A DNA stretch of 64,000 bases from Naegleria gruberi (Eukaryota). The position numbers were made by a program, and so were the translations under genes. Below the pieces are notes generated by a model that saw nothing but the letters and a program-made list of their open reading frames with translations, was not told the origin of the DNA and did no database searches. This document shows, in pieces, positions 1-10,687 of this stretch. The first letter of the stretch is position 1, and each line of letters starts with the position of its first letter. The stretch lies in the NCBI GenBank assembly GCA_000004985.1, contig GG738867.1. One strand, given 5' to 3'.

Positions 1-835
1 AAGAGGTGTATTCTTTTCCTCAATTGATTTCAATAAATCTGAAATTTTACCAATTTCAGTCTTTTGTCCAGTTGAAACAACTACACCTTTACCATTACCA
101 ACAGATACCAAAGTACCCATAAAGGCAATATTTTTACAATCAGAAACATGTGTAGATTTAGGGAATGGATTACTGGATGATTCTTCAGATTGATGGAAAG
201 GAAGATCAGCTCTTTCAATTGTTTTGCTTGCAGGATTAACTTCTCCTGTAAAAACACTTTCATCAACTCCCAATCTCGAAATTTCAACAAGTCTAACATC
301 TGCAGGAATTCGATCACCAGATGAAAATACCACAACATCACCAGGAACAATATCCGAAGCAGAAATAACTTGAGGATTACCATCTCTAATCACTGTAGCT
401 TTGTGTGTTGTAAGTTCTTTTAATGAATCCAAAGCTTTATCACTTCTCCATTCTTGGATAAACGCCACTGTACATACAATGAATACTGCCAAAGAAATAG
501 AAATAGCATCATCATATTGTCCTAAAAGAAGACTAATTGCAGCACTTCCCAACAAGAGTAAAATCATTGGTTCCTTGAATTTTTCAATAAATTTAGAAAA
601 TAAAGATTCTTCTTCCTCTTCTTTTAATTCGTTTGGACCGAGTATATCCAATCTTCTCCTAGCTTCCTTCTCGGTCAAACCAATGTTTATATCAGTTTCA
701 AAAACTTGTCATGTAAATATAAGCTATTTTGATAATGTACTTACTTTCTGTTATCTCTTCAGGTGCTCTTTGAACAGCCTCATCAATATCAAATTCATTG
801 GCCAGAGCCCTTTCCGATAGAGAGTGTTGCACCAT
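1..835 (-). CDS. Secretory-pathway P-type Ca2+/Mn2+ ATPase (SPCA/PMR1-like), N-terminal part. The gene continues past the window start. Exons 745..835 and 1..704; intron 705..744 (GTAAGT..CAAG, 40 nt).
   Basis: Minus-strand translation reads MVQHSLSERALANEFDIDEAVQRAPEEITE, then after the intron GLTEKEARRRLDILGPNELKEEEESLFSKFIEKFKEPMILLLLGSAAISLLLGQYDDAISISLAVFIVCTVAFIQEWRSDKALDSLKELTTHKATVIRDGNPQVISASDIVPGDVVVFSSGDRIPADVRLVE...VDESVFTGEVNPASK. This matches the SPCA1/PMR1 N-terminal and actuator-domain motifs (IRDG, DIVPGD, GDRIPAD, VDES.LTGE). An in-frame TAA lies 4 codons upstream of the ATG, and the start context is A-rich. Confidence 0.8.
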
Positions 836-1408
836 ATTATTATTTTATGAATGTTTGTATTTTTTTGTTTTCTGTTGGAAATAGATGATGGCGCCCAAGT
901 AAAGTGGCACATGAACACGTGTTTGCACACCTTGAAGAACAAACACGAAAGTCTCGGAATTGTTGTTCATTTTGACCAAAGGGAAATTGATTCGGTGGAT
1001 CCACAATGACATCCAAGTTGTATATTAAGCTTTGTGTCCATATTCAAAATTGATTTCTTCTCATCACTTTTTATGAATTCTTAAGAGAGCATTCTAAGGT
1101 ACACAAACAAGATGTACTTGGTGTTGAACATTTAAAAAACCATTCAGTATAAGAATGTCCAAGTAAGATTGAAGTGTTATATTATTTTGATTTTTACTGG
1201 TCTTCTTTGCGTTACTCTTACGTTTAAAGTATTTCATTTACAGGTCTTTTCTGTTTTTCTTAATTGAGTGTTTTCTTTCTGTAGTTTGACGTTTTCTTCT
1301 ACTGTTTGCTTGAGAAGGGAATCCAATGTTGTTAGTTTCTTTTTAGTTTTTTCAGTTTCAATGGAGCTTGTCATTGCTTTTCAGCAATTAACATTGTGAT
1401 TGCGAATA

Positions 1409-2244
1409 TTACTTACCAATAGTTTCAAAGGATTGTATCTGAGATTTGATTGTTGTCAACTCTGATTGAATATTTTCATATAATGACTGAAATTGATCTT
1501 TAGCTTGTTGAGTGGAACTCAGTGTTGAAATCACCTTTTTGTTTTGTTCCTTTAATAAGGAACAGTTGCATTCAAGCTCAATGTTTCTTCTCTGAGAGAA
1601 ATGATAAATGAATGGAATACACTGAAACAAACCTTGATTTGTTCAAACACCACTTGTTGAGCCTCGAACTTTAGTTTAGAATCCAGTGATTCTTTCATAA
1701 GTAAATCTCTTTCTGAGGACAATTCTTTGATCCTTTCCATGTAATGTCTTTCTAACCTCTCTCTTTCTTGTTCATTCTTCTTTACTATTGAGGAGATGAT
1801 ATCCATTTCAGCTAATGATGTTGTTCTTGCTGAATCTAAATCCTTTGCGCAAAGGGATTGATATTTGGCCAGTTCTTGCTCCCTCTTATTGATGATCACA
1901 AATTGAAGTTGAAATAATTGACAATTACTTACTCTCAAATCTTGAAGTTCTTGAATCATATCAAGTAGATATTCCTTTGTTTCTCCAAACATATTTTCTG
2001 CCTTTGCAATTAATTCACTATGCAGAAGAATTGAGGAAGGCTTGTGTGTGTCATCATCGACCATTGCTGATTGTAGATGTTCCTCCTCTAATGTAGATGT
2101 TTCCATTGGTTCGGTGAAAGTTGATTCATGCTCTGAAGAAGAATACAAGCCTACTACTTCCTCTTCTGTTGCTGTTGTAGATTGATCAATAGGCTTTTCT
2201 TGTTGATTATCCTTAATTGATTCATCCATTTCTTCTTGATTCAT
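1409..2244 (-). CDS. Coiled-coil protein of about 264 aa, function unknown. Exons 1633..2244 and 1409..1591; intron 1592..1632 (GTTTGT..TCTCAG, 41 nt).
   Basis: ORF 1552..2244 and ORF 1409..1630 are in different frames. They join in-frame through a canonical 41-nt intron: ...FEQIK / RRNIELECNCSLLKEQNKK.... The sequence is heptad-like and E/K/L-rich throughout. Confidence 0.5.
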
Positions 2245-2321
2245 TTTTTTTGAAATGTAAATGGAAAAATTAAGGAGGGAAAATATAAATAATTTCTAGA
2301 ATGTTTATTAGTGTACACTTT

Positions 2322-3732
2322 TTACAAAATTGTACAGACTCCCTTATCACAATCTGCGTTCTTCGTGAAATTAGGACAACTCTTCAAATAATTTGGAACG
2401 TTGAGAGGCAGATCGTTGTGAAGAGCTACTTTAGGATTAGTTTCGAATAATTTGTTAATCTTGTGGAATTTCATATTCTTCTTCATATTTGCAAACTTGT
2501 TAGCATCTGAAATGAGTTGATCGAATAAAAAGACACAACAAACAGCAACTCTCACATATTTTTCATTCTTTTCTTCCTTTTCATGTCTATTATTACATTC
2601 ATTTGCCAAATATGAAAGAACTTTTTCATATCCATCAGCATCTTCAGTGAAAGATGTTTTCAAAGCCTTATTAATATTATGTGGATTGACAAGGAAGTGA
2701 CGTAATGTTTCATCTTCACTCATATTGTAATCTTTTTTAACGTGTTGAATGGCTCTACGATACATGGCAAAATCGTTATTTAAACCTGCTTGCCAAGTTT
2801 TCAAATAATCCAAAATAATAACAACATCAAGAACATCAATCAAAGCCTTTGCTTCATCAGCACTTGGTGAAGCATTATCTTTGCAAAATCCCTTCACAAA
2901 GGCAACAACATGTTCTCTCATGACATCATTGAATTGGAACAAATCTCTCATAATTTGAATGTTTGGACCCAAAATAGTCAAGTTTTGTTTGTATAATTCC
3001 TTCTTGTTATCAGCATCACCTCTAACTTGGATAAGTTTACCTATTGCTGTCTTGTAAGTAAATATTGTTTGGATTTGTCTTTTACCTTCCTCAATGATTC
3101 TTTCCTGTGTTATTATTGTTGTTGTGTTGTGTTGTTATTTGTTCATCATTAGAATGATTTGTTATTGTTGTTGTTATTATTATTATTATTGTTATTATTA
3201 TAATTGTTATTGGTATTGTGTTCAATATTTGTTGTAAAATATGCGTATAGTATCGTATCACATTGGAATATATGTAACAATAGTGTTGAACCAATTTGTT
3301 AAAACACAAAATTAGTAGAAAAAGTGTTTTTGTTGTTCAGTATAAAATTAGTGTTGCGAGAGTTTAGTATAATATTATTAGAAAGGAAACAAGATAATCA
3401 TTGGCAACACATTCGCAAATAATTATCAATGATCACAAGTGATAGTTTCCAATAGAAATATATAATAAAATATTCGCATCATCACAAGTGATTAGTAATT
3501 TCAACCAATTAGAATTATATAAAGCAATATATCATAAAAAACAAATTGTTGTTCATCATTTGTGTAAATTTAAATTTTACAAATTGTGTAAAACCAACAG
3601 TTATCCTTTCCAATGTCATCAAATAAAATCACTTACCAGAGCACGAGTTCCTTTCAGATCTGTCATATCACTTTTAAAAGTCTTTCCCAATTGACTGGTT
3701 TCTTCAGCATCAATATCAATCATGTCAGACAT
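2322..3732 (-). CDS. DUF1394/CYRI(FAM49)-like protein with a C-terminal CAAX box (CTIL). Exon 1 is 3637..3732, exon 2 is 2322..3104, and the 532-nt intron 3105..3636 contains a microsatellite.
   Basis: The ORF 2322..2981 frame extends upstream (QERIIEEGKRQIQTIFTYKTAIGKLIQVRGDADNKKELYKQNLTILGPN) to an AG acceptor at 3105-3109, with a TAA just upstream in frame. A candidate first exon reads MSDMIDIDAEETSQLGKTFKSDMTDLKGTRAL and ends at a GTAAGT donor. Both exons are phase 0 and both lengths are divisible by 3. The segment ALIDVLDVVIILDYLKTWQAGLNNDFAMYRRAIQ...ALKTSF resembles the CYRI/CYFIP N-terminal segment ...NDFSYYRRTLS...MLKTLS. The protein ends ...DKGVCTIL, a prenylation-type CaaX. Confidence 0.4.
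3105..3235. repeat. Imperfect (TTG/TTA/TTATT)n microsatellite.
   Basis: The repeat tgttattattgttgttgtgttgtgttgttatttg...gttattgttgttgttattattattattattgttattattataattgttattggtattgtg produces spurious low-complexity ORFs (for example 3091..3309). It lies inside the proposed long intron of the 2322..3732 gene. Confidence 0.7.
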
Positions 3733-4037
3733 GTTTAATGGAGGTAGAGTGGTGAGAGTGGATTGAATATTTTTTAACGTTGTTTTTGGATGTCTTTGAT
3801 GGTATTGTTGATGGGTGGTAATTTCAGCGTCGCTTCAATTCTTCTTCAGCCGTTGCAATGAGTTTTCTCTGTGTTTGCTTTTATGACAGTTTATTATGTT
3901 GTTTGGTCGTTTCCCGTCATTGTATCACCTTTCGCTAGTGTTGCAACAGAGCACTGGGAACTGTGAAGATTGGTTCAAAATTTCAACTCGATGGTTTATT
4001 GAGGACGAAGAGTCTTTTTGAAGGAGATGATCAGCAG

Positions 4038-7000
4038 TTACTTTTTCTTTTTGCTTGCAAGAGAGGGATAGTAATTTGATCTCTTGAGTGTATTACTTGG
4101 ATTAATAGTTTGAGTGAACATAGAGCTTGGTACAGAGCTACTACTAGAAGCAATATTGGATGTTGTTTGGGGAATGCTTTGGGAAATTGGTTCTAGATCA
4201 GTAGAGGAAGGTTGTGAAATTGGAGGAGCATTATTTACAAGCAAACTATTTAGATATTGTACCCATGATTTTGTATTATTTGCTTGTTGTGCTAGTCTTA
4301 ATTGTGGATTGCTCGTTTTCTTAATAACTAAAGTATGAGGGGAACCAACTCTTACTGTGCTTAGAGATAGATATTTTGAAAGAGGATGTAAATTGGATTC
4401 AACATGATTTCTTGTTCCTAAAGCCTCCTTCACTTCACAAACTTGCTCAGTACTATTTTGAAGGAATAAATTAACTCTTAGACAATGGGGACAATTAATA
4501 GTACAATTAAATGTTGGAAGGCGCCAATTGGTTGCATTTGCTTCCTGTTGTTTTCTGAGTGTTGGGCCTAAAAATCCAATACTACAATGAATTAAAACTG
4601 AAAATGCTGGATAAGTGTTGAAAACAGATTTGCCATAAGAATTTTCAATAAATTTGATGAGTGGAAGAAGAATTTTGCAAACTCCACTTAGGTCTGTAAT
4701 TTTTGATATAATTGTTGCGGTAACATTTGATAGGTCATCTGGTATTCCATTTTTACAAATTGTAGAAATAATTTCTTTGCAATTTTCCAGATCAATGTTA
4801 CATGTATTGGTAATAAATTGCTGAACAATATTACCTCTAATATATGAAGAAATGAAATTTGCGCCAGGGTTAGTAGTCAAACTTGTGCAATAGTTCAATA
4901 AAGTTAGAGCTTGACTATAGTTAGATGAAACAATGTCTCTTAATATTGGTTCCATGCAAGTTTGAATACTTTCATTATAAAATGTATTGAGGTAGCCAAT
5001 TACAGAAGGATAATTTTTGATGAATATCTCCTTGTTACTAAACAATATTAATAAGGCAACCATCAATCCTGGGAATGGTTCTAAGTATTTCAAAATAATT
5101 GTCACCTCATTGGGATCTGCTACTTTACAACGTTCAGCCATATATGCTGTAGTGTTGGGAGTAAATGGAATTGCAAACTCACTCATGCAACTCAGTATCT
5201 TTTGAATAAAGTCTGCATGATTTACACCTTGTTTGGTCCGTAAATAACCAAATACTTGAAAGCATAGCTCCGATATTAAGCAAGGATCATTTTGAGATTG
5301 AATAGTTTGGAAAGCATTTTCAGCAATTGATTTGTTGTTAAGGTTCAGTATGGTATATTTGAAAAATTCTTTTTTAAGGTGTTGTAAACCAAAGTTTGTT
5401 ATTAAGAATTGCCAAGATGTGTAAGAAATGTTTTTAGTAGCAATCAATACAGCCAATTTGACATCTTTGACTTTTTCAATAGTGTTCATTAGCATCTTTT
5501 CTGATAGTGAATAGGTGCTTATTAGGTCAGTAATTCTTTTGATGTTCAAAATGCTAGGAGATTGCACCTGTTTGTCAACTATCATATTGAAATATCTTAT
5601 TTTGCAGGTTTCATCCAAGTTATCCAATAATGAGCCGAATGTTCGTTTTGGTATAATTACCAAACACGCAGAAGTGTAAAATTTGCTAGCACTGACACCA
5701 GCATTTCCTGTATGCTCAACCTAGAGAATATTATTTAGAATTTGATTTAAAATAGAGTACTTACAGTTGATCTTTGATGGGGTATTTCTAGTAAAGAAGT
5801 TAAGGGAATAATTGAAGATATATCAACACGATTTAAGCGTGAAGAGAAATCACCATTTCTATCTTTGAGATTTTTCACAAAATAATCAATTTCCTTTTCT
5901 TCCATGTCATCAGAATCTACATCCTCATCATTTTCCTCATCACTGTCATCATATCTATGATAACCTCTGTAAGAATAACCATGATGATAGCCTGAATAGC
6001 TATTTAAATCTCCAGACACTTCTTTCATTAGTTGACCAATACAAAGATAAAATTCATCCCGGTTTCTATTAAAATTTTCAAGCCATTTGTAAACTCTAGC
6101 ATCAGCACCTTTTAAATTACCCACACTTATTCCATCTTTGGTGTATTTATGCTCCAAAATATGAATGATATATTTTCCTTCCCAACTAGTTAGGGTATCA
6201 TTCATATAGTCAATAACATTTTGATTTGAATCTGCACTTGGTGTTAAATGTGATGGTCCCTCGAAAAATATGTTATAAACCAGTGCTAATCTGTATCCGC
6301 TTGTTACTCTGTTAACTTTGTGTTCACAATCACAATAGAATGAAACAAATGATGTTGCATAACTAGATTTAGAGGAATAGTCATACACCACTTCCTTAGA
6401 GTTGTGTTTGACAGTTAGTTCACCTCCAGTATAAATTGATGGGAGATGCACAACTAGTGTGGCAAACATATTTTCCTCCTTTTCTGAATCTCTATGAAAT
6501 TGAAAGTGTCCATCTTCTTCATAGAGCAATAATTTGTACAAGTTAAATCCAATCTCCTTATCTCCAACACCCAATCCTTTTTTAATTTGATTTCCAACCA
6601 ATTCATCTATCATATCTTCCCAGTTTGGATTGAGTATTGCAAATTGATTTGGCTCTAATTGCCAGGTTTTTCTAACTTTTTCATCCACAATTGTTTCCTC
6701 TCCTCTGCCATAAGGTGCTTTTGCTGCAAGTTGAATTATATCATCTGCTTGTTGTTTTGTGACAAGTGGGAGTGAAACATACTTTCTTTCCACACTATTA
6801 TTTTCTGAATTGGGCACAAGTAATTGCAATCCAACAGCAGGATAAGTATCAAATTCTCCTCCCACAGAAAAACTTCCACCTGCAGTAACAGTTGGTATTA
6901 ATTCCTCTATTAATTTGTGCATTCTCCTAGTTGTATATGATGGATGATAGTCTTCTTCTTCATCAGATTCGAGTATAAAATCTTCATCGGATTCTTCCTC

Positions 7001-7453
7001 ATTTTCCTCATCTTCCTCATTTTCAGTTGTTTTGTCATTTTGGTTAATTTCTTCCTCTTCTTCCTCGTCATCACTCGAATCAATAGAAACACATTCTATA
7101 TTATTATTTACATTTTCATTATTATTTAGATTAATTGAACTTTCTGATTCCTCTGTAATATCAATAACGTTATTTCCTTCTCTTGTTTCTGTGGTTTGTT
7201 CCGAAGTCGTTTTGGCATTCTTATTTTCCTTGTCATCTCGATTTTCTTCTTCGGTATCATCCAATGCAATACTATCACCTGATTCCGATATTACATCTTC
7301 AAATGTGGGAGAACTTGTTCGATCATCTTGAATAATTTGTGGTGGTGATGAATTCAAATCCACATCACAATCTTCATCTTCTTGTTCATTTGATTCAAAA
7401 TCAATCGATTCCTCATTTATTATTTCTTGTGGTTGTTGTGTTTCATTTTGCAT
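4038..7453 (-). CDS. Large protein of about 1124 aa. The N-terminal half is acidic and contains a 2OG-Fe(II) oxygenase-like (P4H-type) core; the C-terminal roughly 560 aa are uncharacterised. Exons 5765..7453 and 4038..5720; intron 5721..5764 (GTAAGT..TCTCTAG, 44 nt).
   Basis: ORF 5747..7453 and ORF 4038..5663 join in-frame through a canonical 44-nt intron (...HQRST / VEHTGNAGVSASKFYTSACLVIIPKRTFG...). The N-terminus has D/E-rich tracts, then YKLLLYEEDGHFQFHRDSEKEENMFATLVVHLPSIYTGGELTVKH...YRLALVYNIF. This parallels the HxD...H...R facial-triad arrangement and is similar to the oxygenase core of the 26360..28913 gene (RYKEGNFFKPHMDSHF). The ATG at 7451-7453 has an A-rich upstream context. Confidence 0.5.
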
Positions 7454-7644
7454 TTTTGTTTTGAATTTTCTTTAAAATATAAACAAACAATAATTGAATT
7501 TAAATTATTGAGGGAAGAAAGCTACATTACTAAGCTGTGGTCTTGCAACAAAACTCCGTATGATCAATAGCGCATTAAGCGCATTATCAATGCCTCTATT
7601 TACAAACCAATAGGAGTAGTACCCCTCCGTTGCGTGTCCCTCAG

Positions 7645-9656
7645 ATGAAACATCAGTTCAAAGTAAGATGTTGTTTGATGTTGAGCGGACAATATTATCA
7701 AACAATAAAGAAAAAAAACACAATGATTAATCAAGTTAGAAGATCAAGAGTCGTTAGCTTGTCCAACAACATTAATAAGTACCAACAATTGGTGTTTGAT
7801 CGTGAAACAGTTCATCGCATGTTCACTAATCAAATAGGAAACAAGGTTTTACATCAACAAGCACAGGATGCTTCTTCTACTAATGCTGCTGGACAAGATA
7901 TTTCCAAGTGTCCATATCATCAACAACCACAGCAACCACCACAAGTCATTAAATCATTTGATGAAATTCCTGGACCAAAGGGTTTGCCACTTGTTGGTAA
8001 TTTGTTCCACATCATGAAAGGAGTCAAGAAGAACGCCTCTCCTTACTTTGCCTCATTATGTGAAGAGTATGGAGAAATTGTTAAACTTGATGTGGTGGGA
8101 AAGAAAATGCTATTCTTAGGTAATCCAACTGATATGGAATATCTTTACAAGCATGAAGAAAGAAGAAATGTTGTTGATCCATCTAGAAAGTTTAAACTTG
8201 AAAGAGGGTTACCATTAACTCCAATTGAAATGTATTTGCATGAACCATGGAATGAAACACGTCAACTTTATAATATTGCAATGAAACCAGACTTCCAAAC
8301 TCAAGTTACTTTGCCACAATTAACTGAAATTAATGGTGAATATATTAGAAGAATTATCAAATATTTGGAAGAAACTGATAATCCAGAAAAGTTTAGATTA
8401 GTTGATGGTGTCGGTGCTGTTTCAAGATATGGATTTGATGCAGTGTTGAAAGTTTTTCTAGGTGCTAAACTCACAGACGATGTAACTAAAACTTTCCCAT
8501 TCGATGTTGCTGATTTCGTTAAAGTTTCCACTGAATTCCTCGATGATCCCCTTAGACTCATTTCAAAACCATCTCTCTACAAGTATTTCAAAACAGCCGA
8601 GTACAAGCAAATGGAACAAGCTATGGAAAAGTCTTTATCTTATGCCAATTATGTTATGGATAGATTTAAGAATAATCCAAGTGATAAGCCAAGATTTTAT
8701 GAAACTTTAATGGAACGTTCTAAGGACGAACCAAATCAAATTGCCCTCGTTCAATCTGTAATGATTACGTTCTTACAAGCAGCCATTGATATTACTATGA
8801 GGTAGTGTATAATTAATTTGTCAATTTCTCAAATATTTTACTCTATTTCTAAAATGCTTTTTCTCAATACATATAGAATGTTAGTGAGTAAGTTTCATTT
8901 AAATTTCATGTGTTTGAGTCATACTTAATAATACAGTGATCATGTACAGATTGGCTCACTCTGCAGAATATCAGGAAAAGGTTTATCAAGAATTGTTAGA
9001 AGTTTTTGGTGAACCAACTTTGGAAGAAGTCACCTCTGAAAATGGATTGCACATCACTGCCGAGCAGTATAAGAAATTGAAACTCACCAAACAATTTGTT
9101 GAGGAAGTGTTGCGTGTTAATCCATTTGCCTTCATTGGAGGTGGTAGAATTTTGAGTGATGATATGATTATTCGTGGTTACAAAATTCCAAAAGACACTC
9201 AAGTTTTATGTATTCAAAGATTTGCTAATACTCGTGACGAATTTGTTCCACGTGCAAATGAATTCATTCCAGAACGTCATGAAAAGGGATCTCCTATTGG
9301 ATTGTCCAATAATTATATTAGTACACCTTTTGGTATTGGTGTAAGTTTTAAATTTCACATTATTTAATTGTTAATCATTTTAATGCTTGAATTATGAACT
9401 ATTTCACTTTCTAACATTTAAATAGGCTCGTAAATGTCCTGGAAGTAGAATTGCTCTCCACGAACTTCACATGGCCATCATTAATACAGTAAGACATTTC
9501 AAACTCGAACATAGTAATCCAGAATCATTCCCTCCAACAAGTTACGATCAGGCTCTTCTTTATATTGACTTGGAAAAGAATCCACTCTACTTTACTCCAA
9601 GAGATCATTTAAAGGAACACTTTTATTCTCTTAAACAATCAAAAAAGAATGAATAA
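7645..9656 (+). CDS. Cytochrome P450, mitochondrial-clan-like. Proposed structure: join(7645..8801, 8877..8887, 8937..9340, 9426..9656), including an 11-nt micro-exon.
   Basis: The protein contains FDEIPGPKGLPLVGNLFHI (P450 proline hinge) and the heme loop FGIG/ARKCPGSRIA (FxxGxRxCxG) split by a GTAAGT..AAATAG intron. The I-helix reads FLQAAIDIT. An oxygen-binding-region to PERF-like spacing is restored only if an 11-nt micro-exon (aatgttagtga) sits between two canonical introns, giving AAIDITMRMLVMIMYRLAHSAEYQEKV. The N-terminus is basic and Ser-rich, which could be a mitochondrial presequence. The track start 7630 is a TTG; the first ATG is at 7645. Confidence 0.75.
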
Positions 9657-9808
9657 AAACTTATGGAGATACTTTCTAATAACTTTAGTTTTCAAAGTAA
9701 CAGCTATTAAAAGATCTTGTATCTTTGGTAGAGGCGAACAGGCCAACTTGGCTTTTCTGAAACTACTGTCAAACATCAGCAAACTGTCAAAAAAATAGCA
9801 AGCTTCCA

Positions 9809-10523
9809 ATGTCCACCACAACTGCCTCTGTTCAAAACAATACTAACGGACTAGATGAAGATAAGTCACCATCTTCTTCGACCAAGGTCAAACTCTTTGA
9901 TCGATTGCAAAACAAGATCTCCAATAGAAATTCAGTAACTGTCGATACAAGCAATAATTCCACACCAAAAACATCTTCTGTAAAGAGAGGACTCTCAATG
10001 ATGCTCTCTAAAAAGACCTCTAGTAACCTGCAATCGGAAATCAAGAAGGTGTCTCCAACTTCTGAAGGATTAGCAGAGTTGAAAGAATCAAGATTAACCA
10101 AAACTAGATCAGGTTAGTTTTAGCATAATCTAAATTTCTTCTGACAAGACATTCACAAAATTATAATCCAATCATCATTTCGGAATGTTCATATATTATT
10201 ATGTACAATACAGTTTCTATCATGGTTCCAAAATTTTCATTAGCAGATAAGCAAGGAATAAGGTAAGTTTGTTACATTATTGATTATGAAGGATTATTAA
10301 TATTGATCAAATGAATTGATATCAATATATTGATAGCAAGGAAGCATCTGAAAGAGCAAGATTATTCCACTCACAAATGCATCAAAGAAAACAGAAAGCA
10401 GGAACAAAGGCTTCATTTTCACATTTAATAGTTAAAAGATCAGCAGGAGGTTCTTCTTTGGCAACCAAACGATCCATCAACACTGCTGACATGCAACAAT
10501 TTGGGTCTTTTTTTACAATGTAA
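9809..10523 (+). CDS. Hypothetical Ser-rich basic protein of about 180 aa. Tentative structure: join(9809..10112, 10214..10262, 10337..10523).
   Basis: ORF 9809..10117 (MSTTTASVQNNTNGLDEDKSPSSS...) ends at a GTTAGT donor. Two canonical introns (GTTAGT..ACAG and GTAAGT..TGATAG) extend the frame without a stop to ...KRSAGGSSLATKRSINTADMQQFGSFFTM*. No domain was recognised. Confidence 0.35.
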
Positions 10524-10687
10524 ATATACAAATCCACTTTTTAAAAGCCACAATGTCAATCCGCTATATTATCCGTGTCTTATCTGTTGTTCACTTTGAT
10601 TGTTATTAATTGGTTAATCATCATATGTAAATAATGAATTGATAATAAAAATACAAAAACTAAATTCAATTAAAAATAATTAAAAAA

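Noticed and set aside
401-820. A 139-aa plus-strand ORF at the window start.
   Set aside because: It is antisense to the well-supported P-type ATPase gene on the minus strand, and its translation is low-complexity with no motif.
3091-3309. A 72-aa minus-strand ORF encoding ITIIIITIIIIITTTITN... and NNNNNN.
   Set aside because: It is generated by the (TTG/TTA)n microsatellite and lies inside the proposed long intron.
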